Below are positions 51,582 through 62,241 of a stretch of DNA of 64,000 nucleotides, one piece after another. The translations under genes and the position numbers were made by a program. The notes under the pieces are model-generated. The model had not been told where the DNA came from. It made no database searches and saw only the letters and a list, made by a program, of their open reading frames with translations. The stretch comes from Bilabrum cf. latius (taxonomy: Eukaryota), in NCBI GenBank assembly GCA_965178125.1, contig OZ237756.1:558001-622000 (forward strand), written 5' to 3'. Position 1 is the first letter of the stretch. Each line of letters starts with the position of its first letter.

Positions 51582-53049
51582 GCCACACAGCCGCAGCGTA
51601 CAAGACATGGCGGTAAGATTTGGCGGAGTAGTGCACGTGCTCTTCCCAGCCCCGGTCAGTCCGGTCAAGGGTAGCGCACAGGCACAGCTTTGTCAGGTCT
51701 TGCCATGTCTGATTGTTAACGAGACTAGGTTGCGCGTACACTCTGGCATCATGATCCTAACGCCGGATGGGGTTCGGTGTTGATGCCAGAGTGGGAGCGC
51801 GTGAACGTCTCGTTGGGTTCCGATGGCGGTTGCGACCGGGAAGGTGCGACCAAGCCAACGGATTGCTTGCGATGACGCGCATACCCTCTCTGTGTTCAGG
51901 AGAGGGGCGGAGATTGGGTAATTTTTGCCCACCCTCCCAACCCCCTCCTCCTCGGCGGAGTAGTGCACGTGCTCTTCCCAGCCCCGGTCAGTCCGGTCAA
52001 GGGTAGCGCACAGGCACAGCTTTGTCAGGTCTTGCCATGTCTGATTGTTAACGAGACTAGGTTGCGCGTACACTCTGGCATCATAATAAGATATTCAAGT
52101 CTTTTAAAATAAATAGAAGTGATATTTATTTAAATGGTTCATATTCATTTACTCATAATATGCTTTCACTTTGGGCTGGAGACATAGACCTATACTCTCC
52201 CGTTAAATTGTCTGATGTCAATAGTGTTATAAATGAATTAAAGACCTTAAGAGGTAGTAGATTAATACATATTTATAACGTTGAATATGATGATAATGGC
52301 GTCTCTTTAGATACATTTCTTGATACTAATAGACCTAAAATATTAAAATCTTTAAAATAGTAGAATAATCCTATGATATTCGTTGAAAGTTGGGTCTATA
52401 CTGGATATATTGAAGAGGTTAGTATATTATATGATATTGGAGGTAAGATATTGAAAATGAAGCCTAAACAAGTAGCAGATAGGATGATAGATGACATAAA
52501 AGACTTACAAAAAGAACGAAAATATTTCAAGATATTAAAAAGACTAGATGTTATATATGACGAATTAGGGCAAAAGAAGAAACAGGAAGAGATTGAACAA
52601 CTTATAAAGAATCCCGATGTAGGCTTTCTTTACTTGACTATTACAAGATTAAAAAGTTTATTACTTCCAACAGTTCCATTTAAATTAAAAAATAGAGTTA
52701 TTGATAGACTTAAGAATGATGTACGTAAATTAGGACTTATTAAACCAGTATATCAATACTTTAATACGTTCAATAGTAAAGATGTAAGTATTATAATTAA
52801 ATATTTAGAAGACTAGCTCAATAAAAGGGTCGTTAAATTAGTTTCACATAATTGAATACACCTAAACGCCCAGAATTGCAGACATAATTTTCTTGATACT
52901 TATATATTTCCGCAATTTGGGGCGCCCTATATTGTGAGATTTTCATTAGATTGACCCGAAAATGTAAAACCTCTAACAGCCTACGCGCCCAGAATTGCAC
53001 AAATATATCTTAAATAGCTATAATATTACCGCAATTTGGGGCGGTCGTC

Positions 53050-53571
53050 TCACCAGTCACTATAAAATAGCTCGTCAATGTCTTCTTCGTTAAGTTTATT
53101 AACTTTTTCTGTCGGATGGAGGGGATTATCTGGTCGTATGTCATGTAAATAGCACTTAAGTCTGAAAAATTTTAGATATTCATAAATTAACTACATTTGA
53201 AAAAAGTCTTTTTTAAATAACCTTTCCCACTCAACGGATTGTTTAAATTGTTCTATACATTCATTTATTTTCATTGAATTAGCATAGTCAAAGTTGAATG
53301 TTTTTAAGTGATCAAAAGAAGACGATACATATCCGTTATCATTTAACGTAAAATCCATATCATAATAGTACTTTTTACTGCAATTGATAATACATTCTCT
53401 ATACTTACGAGCAATTAGAAGACAAGTTATATAATTAGTATAGCAATCTACTCTATCAGTTGTCATCATATTACGCTACTCTTCTGCTTTCTTATAGTAC
53501 TAATTAACTTTACATGAGTACTTATAAAATGATTTAATATATCTTTTTGAAATTAGAAGTTTGTGATCCAT
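53050..53571 (-). CDS. Hypothetical viral protein (173 aa)
   Basis: ATG to TGA with three TAGs. Confidence 0.6.
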
Positions 53572-53716
53572 AATTCTATATATTTATATGATATTTTAAT
53601 CATATTCTTAAGACTGTGCACTCTAAAATGAATATTTGAAATGGCTACTTCTCACAATATACCTTTTGAACCCACTAATTATTAGAAAAATAATAAATAT
53701 TAACATATAGTATATA

Positions 53717-54784
53717 ATGTCATTATCATACGATGAAATACCAAATAGTCATTTAGTTGCTTTAAGAGAATACAAGCACAAGAAGAGGAACAAAAGCGTC
53801 TTTTTTAGTGAAGATGTAGGGGAAAAAGTCATAACTCCAGAAGATATAAGTGATGATTTACTTGAAGAGTATTATGGAAAGAGAGCAATTAAATATGAGA
53901 AGAATAAAAAAGCATTACGTGAAGAGATGTGTAAGCTAGTGAATGGAAATAAAAAACTAGTTAGAAAGACTAACGAGTTAAGAATAGATGATAAGAGTTA
54001 GTTTGAAATAGTCCCATTCTTTGATGATGAGACCAAAAGACAAATACACTATTTAAGTGGTTAGGCTGGTGCTGGTAAGTCTTATATTGCTAAGTCTTTA
54101 CTCAAGTATTATCATATGTTCATTCCAAAGAAGAGGGTTTTAGTCATTACACCAGTACAGGAAACAAATCCAACTTATTTAAAATATGGTAATTTTATTG
54201 ATATTGATAAATTAGTAGCAGTAGATAGAAACGATAGTTATGATGACTTAATGAGGAAATACAAAGAAGAAAAGATATTCTTTAGGTAGGAAAAGAAGTC
54301 ATTAGAACCTCATGAATTAATTAAAAGAGAGATAGAGATAGAAAGAATGAAACCAACAAGTAAAGACAAGACAAAGGCATCATTTACCACTACTCCATTG
54401 TATGAAGAATGGGCAAAATAGGGTCCTTCTGTGGTGGTATTTGATGATTATGAAGCCTTAAACGGTGATAAAAAGTAGAGAGCGTTATTCTTAATTAAGC
54501 GTATAGGTGAAGTTGGAAGACATAGCTCAACAAATATGATAGTTATAAGTCATTTAACGAATGATTATGCGAATACTAGGTCAATAGTCATGGAAAGTCA
54601 TAATATTATTTTATTTAAGAGAAATCTATGGAAATTTAGCAAATATTTAATGAAAGCATATTTAGGATTTGATGCAAGTCTTATAAATCGTGTTTATAAA
54701 TTGTTTGGAGAAGGTAATAGATGGCTATGTATTAATAAGACTTATAATTTTATCACTTGTCCTAAATAGATGTTCGTATATTAA
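53717..54784 (+). CDS. FtsK-HerA/A32-like DNA packaging ATPase (355 aa)
   Basis: Walker A SG*AGAGKS, Walker B VVVFDD, GRH...IVISH, TRSIVMESH. Confidence 0.92.
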
Positions 54785-54803
54785 TTTTCTTAGTATTAAG
54801 TAT

Positions 54804-55352
54804 ATGGATATAACCACTGCATTAAGTCCTGAAGAGGTACAAAGACTATACTTTACATTTACAAAGTAGCATATACCAGTTATAATGTATGAAGAAATAA
54901 GTGATACTAATAACATCAGACAATTTCTAGATGAAAATCCTTTATTTGTCCTTTATTATCCTAACTTAGTAGAAGGAGCAACAATGAGCGGTCATTATAC
55001 TGCGGTCATATTTAACAAATCAAAGAATACTCTTTATTTTTGGGATAGTTATGGTCAATTACCTGATACTCATATTCCAGTTGTAGGTGGAGTCATAGAC
55101 CCATAGAAGCTATATGATAGAAGTAGTCTTCTAATAGATCACGTATTAGATGCTGGTATTAATGTTGACTATTCAAATCAAAAGAATCAATTAATATCAA
55201 ATAACTCTGCCACATGCGGGAGGTGGTGTGTGCTCAGGATATTATTCCATCACTTGACGAATGATTAGTTTAATAGTCAATTAAAGAAGGCTTTTAAAAA
55301 GTATGGAGGAGGACTAGATAATGATGAACTTATTACTTTGATAATTAGTTAA
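54804..55352 (+). CDS. Virophage maturation cysteine protease (adenain/Ulp1-like, 182 aa)
   Basis: GHYTAV, YFWDSYG and Q...ATCGRWC supply the catalytic H-D-Q-C residues. Confidence 0.92.
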
Positions 55353-55709
55353 TATGACATATACCATAAATTTTTAGATATTGAAAATTGATATCTATAA
55401 GGTGGCCAAATTAAAAAGACTAAAATATAAAAATGAATACGGGTAAGCGCCCAGAATTGCGGAAATATATCTTAATATCCTAATATATTATCGCAATTTG
55501 GGGCGCTGGTATTATACTATATCTTAAGATACTAAATTTTTAAAATTTCGGAATATTGGATTTTTTCAATGAGTCAAATAATTAATAAAAACTTTTTTAA
55601 AAAGTCAATACGGGTACGCGCCCAGAATTGCGGAAATATATCTTAAATAGCTATAATATTACCGCAATTTGGGGCATTAGACAAGACTTTTCTTGATAAA
55701 TGTTATAGA

Positions 55710-56636
55710 ATGGTAGAGATTCAAGAACCAGATATCTTTTATATTAACTCATAGGATACTATAACATCTATTAATACTAATAGACCAGTATCAATACATG
55801 AACAGCGTCAAGGTAATATCTTGACAAATTCACAAAACTACTTATTATCACTTGACCGATGGACTCTTAAATGTCGTATTCCTTTATTTGTAGCAAGTAA
55901 AGAAGTAAAGAATAGCGATAATTAGTCAATTTATAAGATGTCGTTTGTGAAGAAGAGTGATGGAACTACTTACACTCGTAATATTGTCTTAACTAAGCCG
56001 TTATATTATAGTCTTAAGACCCTATCTAATGAATTTAATAATACTCTTAGTGATTTATGTGGAGATGCTAGTATTCCAACTGATAGTATAGTATTTGAAT
56101 ATCACGGTAAGACTAAAACATTTAGTTTCACCCGTTTAGCCGCTTTTACAAGTGCGTGGACTTTAAGTTTTAACTTTCCTTTATTCTCTATCTTTGAGAC
56201 ATTTGAATATGACGATGAAGGTAAAGACATCAAGAGTGATACTTATATAAATCTATTAGATGGATATAATGAATAGAGTGCTTCTACCTTAGATTAGTTT
56301 CCTACTATGGAGTATATTCAAATTATTAGTCCATCACTTCCAATACTTCCAGAATTTACGCCATCATATAAAAGTACATCTAGTACAGAGATACAAAGTG
56401 AAAATATCTTAAGTGATTTCAAGATAGACAATACAACAGGAACGAGTTTTATTAAAATAAACTTTAGTAGTGGAGGAAATCATAGATGGCAATAGTTCTA
56501 TAGATCAGCATTTAATAGTTATAGTATAGTACCGTATTTTAGAGATACTTTTGGAAACTTATACGAAATACCCTTTACTTTTGGACAAGGACTTAATATA
56601 AAAGCTCTATTTAAAAGTAAAAAGTTAATAACTTAA
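55710..56636 (+). CDS. Minor capsid (penton) protein (308 aa)
   Basis: Located between protease and MCP. N-terminal IFY...R...IL.N...Y..S..R...IPLF pattern; beta-rich; several TAGs. Confidence 0.78.
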
Positions 56637-56678
56637 AGTAAAAAATAAATAAATATCTTTAGTCTTAATATATTTATA

Positions 56679-58565
56679 ATGTCTGATATGGATAATGTAC
56701 CTGTAGCAGCACAAAGCAAAGTCGTAGATGACGTCTCAGAACTACCAGTAACTCAAATAGCTGACGAAAAACTCAACTTTGTGGGTGATAGTCAAGCTAT
56801 TACTCTAGGAACTACCCTTGGATACTCTTCCAAGTTTCAAAATCACTACGAACCAGATGGTGGTAACTCTAGCGCAACTAATGCATTTAGAAGTAATTAT
56901 ACTTTCGTAGTGCCATCAAATCAAGGAATGACTGACAGTAATCCCCGTCTAAGAGTTTCATTTGACGTATACATCTATGATAGTTAGAACAATGGAGCAG
57001 TAGCTCAAACTGATATCGTCAATAAGGTAGCCCCTTCTACATTTATGGTAAATTCAATGATCACAAGTTCCACAGTTAAAATGGGAGACTTATCTCGTAG
57101 TTCATCACCTTATCAATTAGTCAATTTAATAGCTAGAAGTCTTGACCGTGCCACTCTAGCACAAATAAGTCCTGTCTTTTAGGCTGATAACACTTGGGAA
57201 TTTAATACTGCCGCAAATGGTCTTGCTAAGTCTGTCCTTCAATGGGGTGTAAATGATGATAGTATTATGGAAGCTCGCGGTCCTGGTAAGAATTACCGCG
57301 CAACACTTGAAAAAGTGGATGCTAATACTCCAATACCTAATAATAATGTAACACCAACTCAAGACTATGTCAAATTACATATTGAAATCTCTGAAGCACT
57401 TCTTGCACGTCCTTTCCAATATATGATGGGTGGTAATGCTAGACCTTTTGTTGATCATCCACAATGAAATGTTAATTTACAAATGAGAAATAACTTAATT
57501 GATAAGATGTTTAATACTTCAAGTGATTGGAATGGAGACTATGCTTTTGCTTTATCCGATTGCTAGATCCATTTTGATGTCTTTACTTATAATACTCATC
57601 TTAACTTCTTGAAGAAAGTACCTAAACAAATATTCTACAACTCTGTTGACTTTGAACTACATGAAGAGCCTAAACTTGATAATCCTATCACTACTAAAGG
57701 TGTCCATACTTTTAATAATTATCAACTTTAGACTTGCCCTTCTTGGTTTGCTGTGTGCTTAGTTGATTCTCAATATGGAGAAGCTAGTGGTACACCTCAT
57801 AGAACACTTGCCATTAACAATATTAAAGTACAACTTAGGTCTTAGGGTTCTATTTTAGGAGAACTTACACAAGACGATATCTTTAGACTTAGTGAAAGAA
57901 ATGGATCAAATAGTGAGTATGCTTCTTTTACTAACTTAGATGTAACTGTAGGAGGTGCTTCTAAAGTATACGGATCTAATGGCTGGCTCTTATTTAGACT
58001 TAGTGATTTAAATACTCCTGAAACTATTCAAAGCAACAGTGCTGACCCTATTAGTATTCGTGTTCAAGTAGCCAATGACGAACCCCCAACCGCTGCTATG
58101 TCTCAAGGATATAAAGCTCAATTATTCTGTGCCTATGACAAGATTATCGTGAATACTAGAGGTGCCGCTATTGAATGGCGTGAAGATAGTGCTTCTGTTG
58201 ACCCTGAGAAAGTGGCTAAACCTTCTAATTATACATTTTCTAATATGAACTACTCTAAGAACGTATTAGGTGGAAGACGTCGTAAAGTGATGCAATTCTT
58301 TAAGAGAGCCTTTAACAAAGCTAAAGACTTAGGACGTAAAGTGGTAGACTTTGGAAAGAAAGCTAAAGCTAAATTTGATAAAGTGAAACCAGCTCTTCGT
58401 AAAGCAAGACAAGCAGTAAGTGAATACTTACCCGATGAAGTGAATGACTTAGCTGAACGTGTTGGAGCAGGTCTTTTAACTAGTGGTGGAAGTCTTTTGA
58501 CCAGTGGAGGTAAGAAATTAACTAAGGCTCAACTTATGAAACTTAGAAAGTAGCTCAATATGTGA
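56679..58565 (+). CDS. Major capsid protein (629 codons) with one internal TGA at 57465-57467
   Basis: Long beta-rich frame after the penton gene. C-terminal LGG|RRRK basic tail with repeated TSGG, as in processed virophage MCPs. Confidence 0.82.
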
Positions 58566-58752
58566 GTCGTAAATTATTAATTAATATTTAAAAGTTATAA
58601 ATATTGACTAAATTTAAAAACTCAATACGGGTACGCGCCCAGAATTGCGAAAATATATCTTGAATAGCTATAATATTACCGCAATTTCGGGCGTTCATAT
58701 CTTAAGACTAGTTTAAATATTACGCCATTAAATATCCACTATATATATAGTT

Positions 58753-59175
58753 ATGGCAGCAGTATCACCGTGTGAAGACTTACTTTATATGGAGTATTCA
58801 TTCTTATTCTTACCACATAGAGAAGACCCAACACTTAAATCTCAAAAGGTTTACTTAGATGATGAACTTGAAGGAGATCCTGAAGACATTGTAATAGATA
58901 AAGATTAGATACAAGTAAATAATAGAGGTCATATAAAGACATATGTAAGTGAAGGAGGCTTTACAAAGTTAAAGGTAGGATAGATAATTGAAGAGATGGA
59001 GCAAGAGGTGCGTAATTAGAATGGTATTCATTATGATTGTATTTTTTATCATAAAGTTGAACACGACACGAGCACAGATATTTATAAAGTAGTATGGGGG
59101 TGGTATCCAGCAGACTTTCCAACAAATGGATGCGACCCTGCTATCTTGTATAAGAAACCCCCTAATATGGATTAA
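58753..59175 (+). CDS. Hypothetical protein (140 aa), single-gene unit between hairpin repeats
   Basis: Promoter motif, four TAGs, TAA stop. Confidence 0.65.
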
Positions 59176-59286
59176 TTATTAAAAACTCAATACGGGTACG
59201 CGCCCAGAATTGCGGAAATATATCTTAAATAGCTATAATATTACCGCAATTTCGGGCGGTCATATCTTAAGACTAGTTTATTACTT

Positions 59287-59317
59287 TCGCCAAAAAATAT
59301 CCACTATATATATAGTA
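59287..59317 (+). promoter_or_regulatory. Representative copy of the conserved viral promoter-like motif
   Basis: CGCCAWWW-N5-8-YCYACTATATATATAG lies immediately before the ATG here and at 38093, 58753, 60255 and 41612(-), with partial copies before 37773 and 40679. Confidence 0.75.
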
Positions 59318-59707
59318 ATGTCAGATAAAGTAGATTTAAAAATATCGTTTTCTCAAAGTCTTGTATCAAGTGTAAACCTTGATTGGGATGGAATAGGTAA
59401 GATGTTATGTGGAAAAATCACAAGTAAGATAGAAGGAAATGAGATAGTGTTAAGACAAATAGGTCAACCGACTCCAAAAGATGGAATGATGGAGTTCTCA
59501 TACACGACCGACTATAAAGCAAATCAAGTTTTTGAATTACTTAAAGACTTAACTGATGAAAGACAAGACGCGATTATGGGATACGTTCATTGTAAGTTAA
59601 GTGATAGCAACAGGAAAAGAAGACCATTAACTGAAGAAGATCACAGACAAATGATTCTGGATGCTATGGATAGGAGTGTTAAAGAATATAAAAAACATAT
59701 GTCATAA
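59318..59707 (+). CDS. Hypothetical protein (129 aa)
   Basis: ATG directly after the promoter motif; TAA stop. Confidence 0.7.
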   Translation: MSDKVDLKISFSQSLVSSVNLDWDGIGKMLCGKITSKIEGNEIVLRQIGQPTPKDGMMEFSYTTDYKANQVFELLKDLTDERQDAIMGYVHCKLSDSNRKRRPLTEEDHRQMILDAMDRSVKEYKKHMS

Positions 59708-59769
59708 TTAAGTCTTAATAATAAAGTCTTAATATTAAAGTTATTAATATTAAGTCATATCTATGTAAT

Positions 59770-60085
59770 AAAAAAAAATTTCTTTGAGCTAGTAATTATA
59801 CCGATGGTTTGACTACTTGGCGAAGTCATTCGTAAGTCATTGTTGTAGCGGAGATGCGAATGTCAACCATGGACCGCTATCCCTATTAAGTCTTACGACT
59901 AAGTCTGCTACAACCACTTACGACTACTTCTACAGTATCCAAACTCCCTTCAAAGACTTGCAAGACGTGTGCTTTGTCATGAAAATGACTTACAGAACGA
60001 CTCACGGCGATGTCAGTGGTGGGAATCGAACCCACGACCTTGACTTTGTGAAACAATCACGATATCACTAGACCAAGACCACAAC
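59770..60085 (-). ncRNA. Candidate tRNA-headed, Pol III-type structured RNA
   Basis: A-box TGGTCTAGTG (60075-60066), B-box and T-arm GTGGG-TTCGATT-CCCAC, downstream long stems, and a T9 terminator at 59778-59770. Confidence 0.5.
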
Positions 60086-60254
60086 GCACCAAGAGGTTAA
60101 AAAAAAAATATTCAAATAAATTTTAAAATTCAATACGCCTAAACGCCCAGAATTGCAGAAATATATCTTAAATAGCTATAATATTACCGCAATTTCGGGC
60201 GGTCATATCCTAAGTTTGATTATTCCGCCAAAAATATCTACTATATATATAGTA

Positions 60255-62096
60255 ATGTCAGATAATTTAGACTTCCATTTAATTAAACAAGTTGATGATA
60301 TATGTTTCACTGGTGTTGAATTCTATTAGGGATATCGAATAACTCAAGGTGAACAGCTTAAACAACTTAATTACTTATTCGTAGATAACAAAAAGGATAT
60401 TGATAAGTTTGTATCTATTTCATTTGTAAAAGAAGCAGATAAGGATGAGTTTGAGCTATTACTGGTTAATGAAAATGGAAAATTAGAAGACGACACAGAT
60501 ATATTAATGCTAACGCCGAATGGGGTTCGGGGTTGATGTGGCGATGCGTTCGAGACTCGAACACAGGCTCCGGTCTACCAACGCGAGGTTGCAACCGCCA
60601 GTGCGACCAGCAGCTTGCGAGGCATTCCCTCGTCTCCTTCCTTAGGGAAGGGGGCGGGGCAGCGCGGCAGTGGCCGTTCCGGCTCATGCCGTTGTTTTGT
60701 TTAGTATTTATGTTCGGTTTGGTGCTCACACGGGTAGTGCTTAACGCCGTGTCAACTATCGCGCGTGTCCATGTGGGTCCGTTCGGCCTACATCGTGCAT
60801 CCATCCTCGGCCTACTTGGCGCTCCAGTGGATCCGAACCAATATTTACTTCGATGTGATCCATCTTTCTCGGCACATCGATGGGACTTCGGTCCGTTGGG
60901 CTCGGCTGCTGCTTGCGCCACGGTCTCCCGGGTGTGTGCTCGCCGATGGCATTTTCGCGCGATCTCTGCGTCCCTCCCTTTCGTACTTGTTCCTACGCAC
61001 GGCCATGCATGTAGAAACATATTCAAATGGTTCGATCTTACGGTTTTCCGACGACCCAGCCTTTCCGTTGGCGAGGCGCGCTCCGCTTTTCCGGTCGCAC
61101 CTCGAAAGCAACCACTTTCGGCCAGATCAGCCATCGTACCAGGATACAGCACGATTTGCACCTATCGAGTGACTGATCATTTGAATTGTGCAGGGTGGGC
61201 ACGTAGTCAGCTTGGACTCCATCGTCCTCTGGCTGCCGACGACAGCAGGCTCGGTGAGCCTTCGTCATCGTCCAGACAACCCTGCAGCTCGCACCAGGCG
61301 TGCGTGCAGGAGGTCGAAGCGAGCAGCGCGGTGTGGCGCAGCTCGTAGACGGAGGCCGGCCTGGAGCCTGGTCGGTTGACGCAGCATCAGTGGTGGGCTG
61401 GTGCTGTGTCTTGCGCGGGTGCCGGAGCTTGGCCACGGTGGCCTGCTGCTCCCTGCGCCCCACGCGCAGTTCCTCCCGCTCCGGCGGATGAGTCAGCAGT
61501 GGCACGTTGCCACCGGCTGACGACGACAGCAGGCTCGGTGAGCCTTCGTCATCGTCCAGAAAACCCTGCAGCTCGCACCAGGCGTGCGTGCAGGAGGTCG
61601 AAGCGAGCAGCGCGGTGTGGCGCAGCTCGTAGACGGAGGCCGGCCTGGAGCCTGGTCGGTTGACGCAGCATCAGTGGTGGGCTGGTGCTGTGTCTTTGCG
61701 CGGGTGCCGGAGCTTGGCCACGATGGCCTGCTGCTCCCTGCGCCCCACGCGCAGTTCCTCCCGCTCCGGCGGATGAGTCAGCAGTGGCACGTTGCCACCG
61801 GCTGACGACGACAGCAGGCTCGGTGAGCCTTCGTCATCGTCCAGAAAACCCTGCAGCTCGCACCAGGCGTGCGTGCAGGAGGTCGAAACATCATTAAAAC
61901 AGAGAGAGACCTTATTAAGTACTTGAAAGAAATAGATTTAAACAAAAAAGACTATTCAAATGATGATGTTATGTTGTCAACATTTCCAATTATAATGATG
62001 AGCATACGAGATCTAGTAATCAATAGCAATATTGGTTCAATTGAGAGTATCAAAAAAGGTGATACAGATCAATTTGACCACTTGAAAGATAACTAA
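60255..62096 (+). pseudogene. Hypothetical viral gene (150 aa) interrupted by a GC-rich insert; join(60255..60503,61893..62096)
   Basis: Removing the insert gives in-frame ...EDDTDI|IKTERDLIKY... Confidence 0.7.
60504..61892 (+). mobile_element. Non-autonomous Ngaro-related element with ~2.3 internal 284-bp tandem repeats (61238-61888)
   Basis: Starts TTAATGCTAACGCCGAATGGGGTTCGG, compared with ATGATCCTAACGCCGGATGGGGTTCGG in the Ngaro A repeat. Ends in CATC like Ngaro B2. No RT or YR. Confidence 0.78.
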
Positions 62097-62241
62097 ATAA
62101 ATTCAATACACGTACGCGCCCAGAATTGCGGAAATATATCTTAAATAGCTATAATATTACCGCAATTTCGGGCGGTCGTATCTTAAAAGATTTTAATACA
62201 TACGATATCACTTATTAAGTTTTTTATTAATAAGTCATAAT

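Larger units (their letters stand above)
45423..52082 (+). mobile_element. Ngaro-type tyrosine-recombinase retrotransposon, full length
   Basis: GC-rich insert with split direct repeats A1 45423-45599, B1 51622-51750, A2 51751-51927 and B2 51954-52082. Encodes RT, RNase H and YR. Confidence 0.95.
45377..52855 (+). pseudogene. Viral nucleotidyltransferase-like gene (Pol beta superfamily) interrupted by the Ngaro element; join(45377..45422,52083..52855)
   Basis: Removing the insert restores YSRF-D-NKIFK in frame. Motif YLNGS...GDIDL; TGA at 52853-52855. Confidence 0.75.
35263..62174. repeat. Dispersed 72-bp hairpin repeat family, 18 full copies
   Basis: Consensus CGCCCSAAATTGCG-N30(AT-rich)-CGCAATTCTGGGCG-CGTAGGYGTATTGA. 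Forward copies at 35263, 35657, 35922, 36094, 36333, 39784, 41238, 41669, 43264. Reverse copies at 37046, 52853, 52972, 55434, 55605, 58622, 59187, 60130, 62103. Partial copy at 36305. Confidence 0.95.

Noticed and set aside
57465-57467. General TGA=Trp reassignment
   Set aside because: There is only one case. TGA ends many genes here and Trp is otherwise encoded by TGG.
60010-60085. Functional amber (CUA) suppressor tRNA
   Set aside because: The CTA lies in the A-box/D-arm, not an anticodon loop, and the acceptor and anticodon stems are non-canonical.
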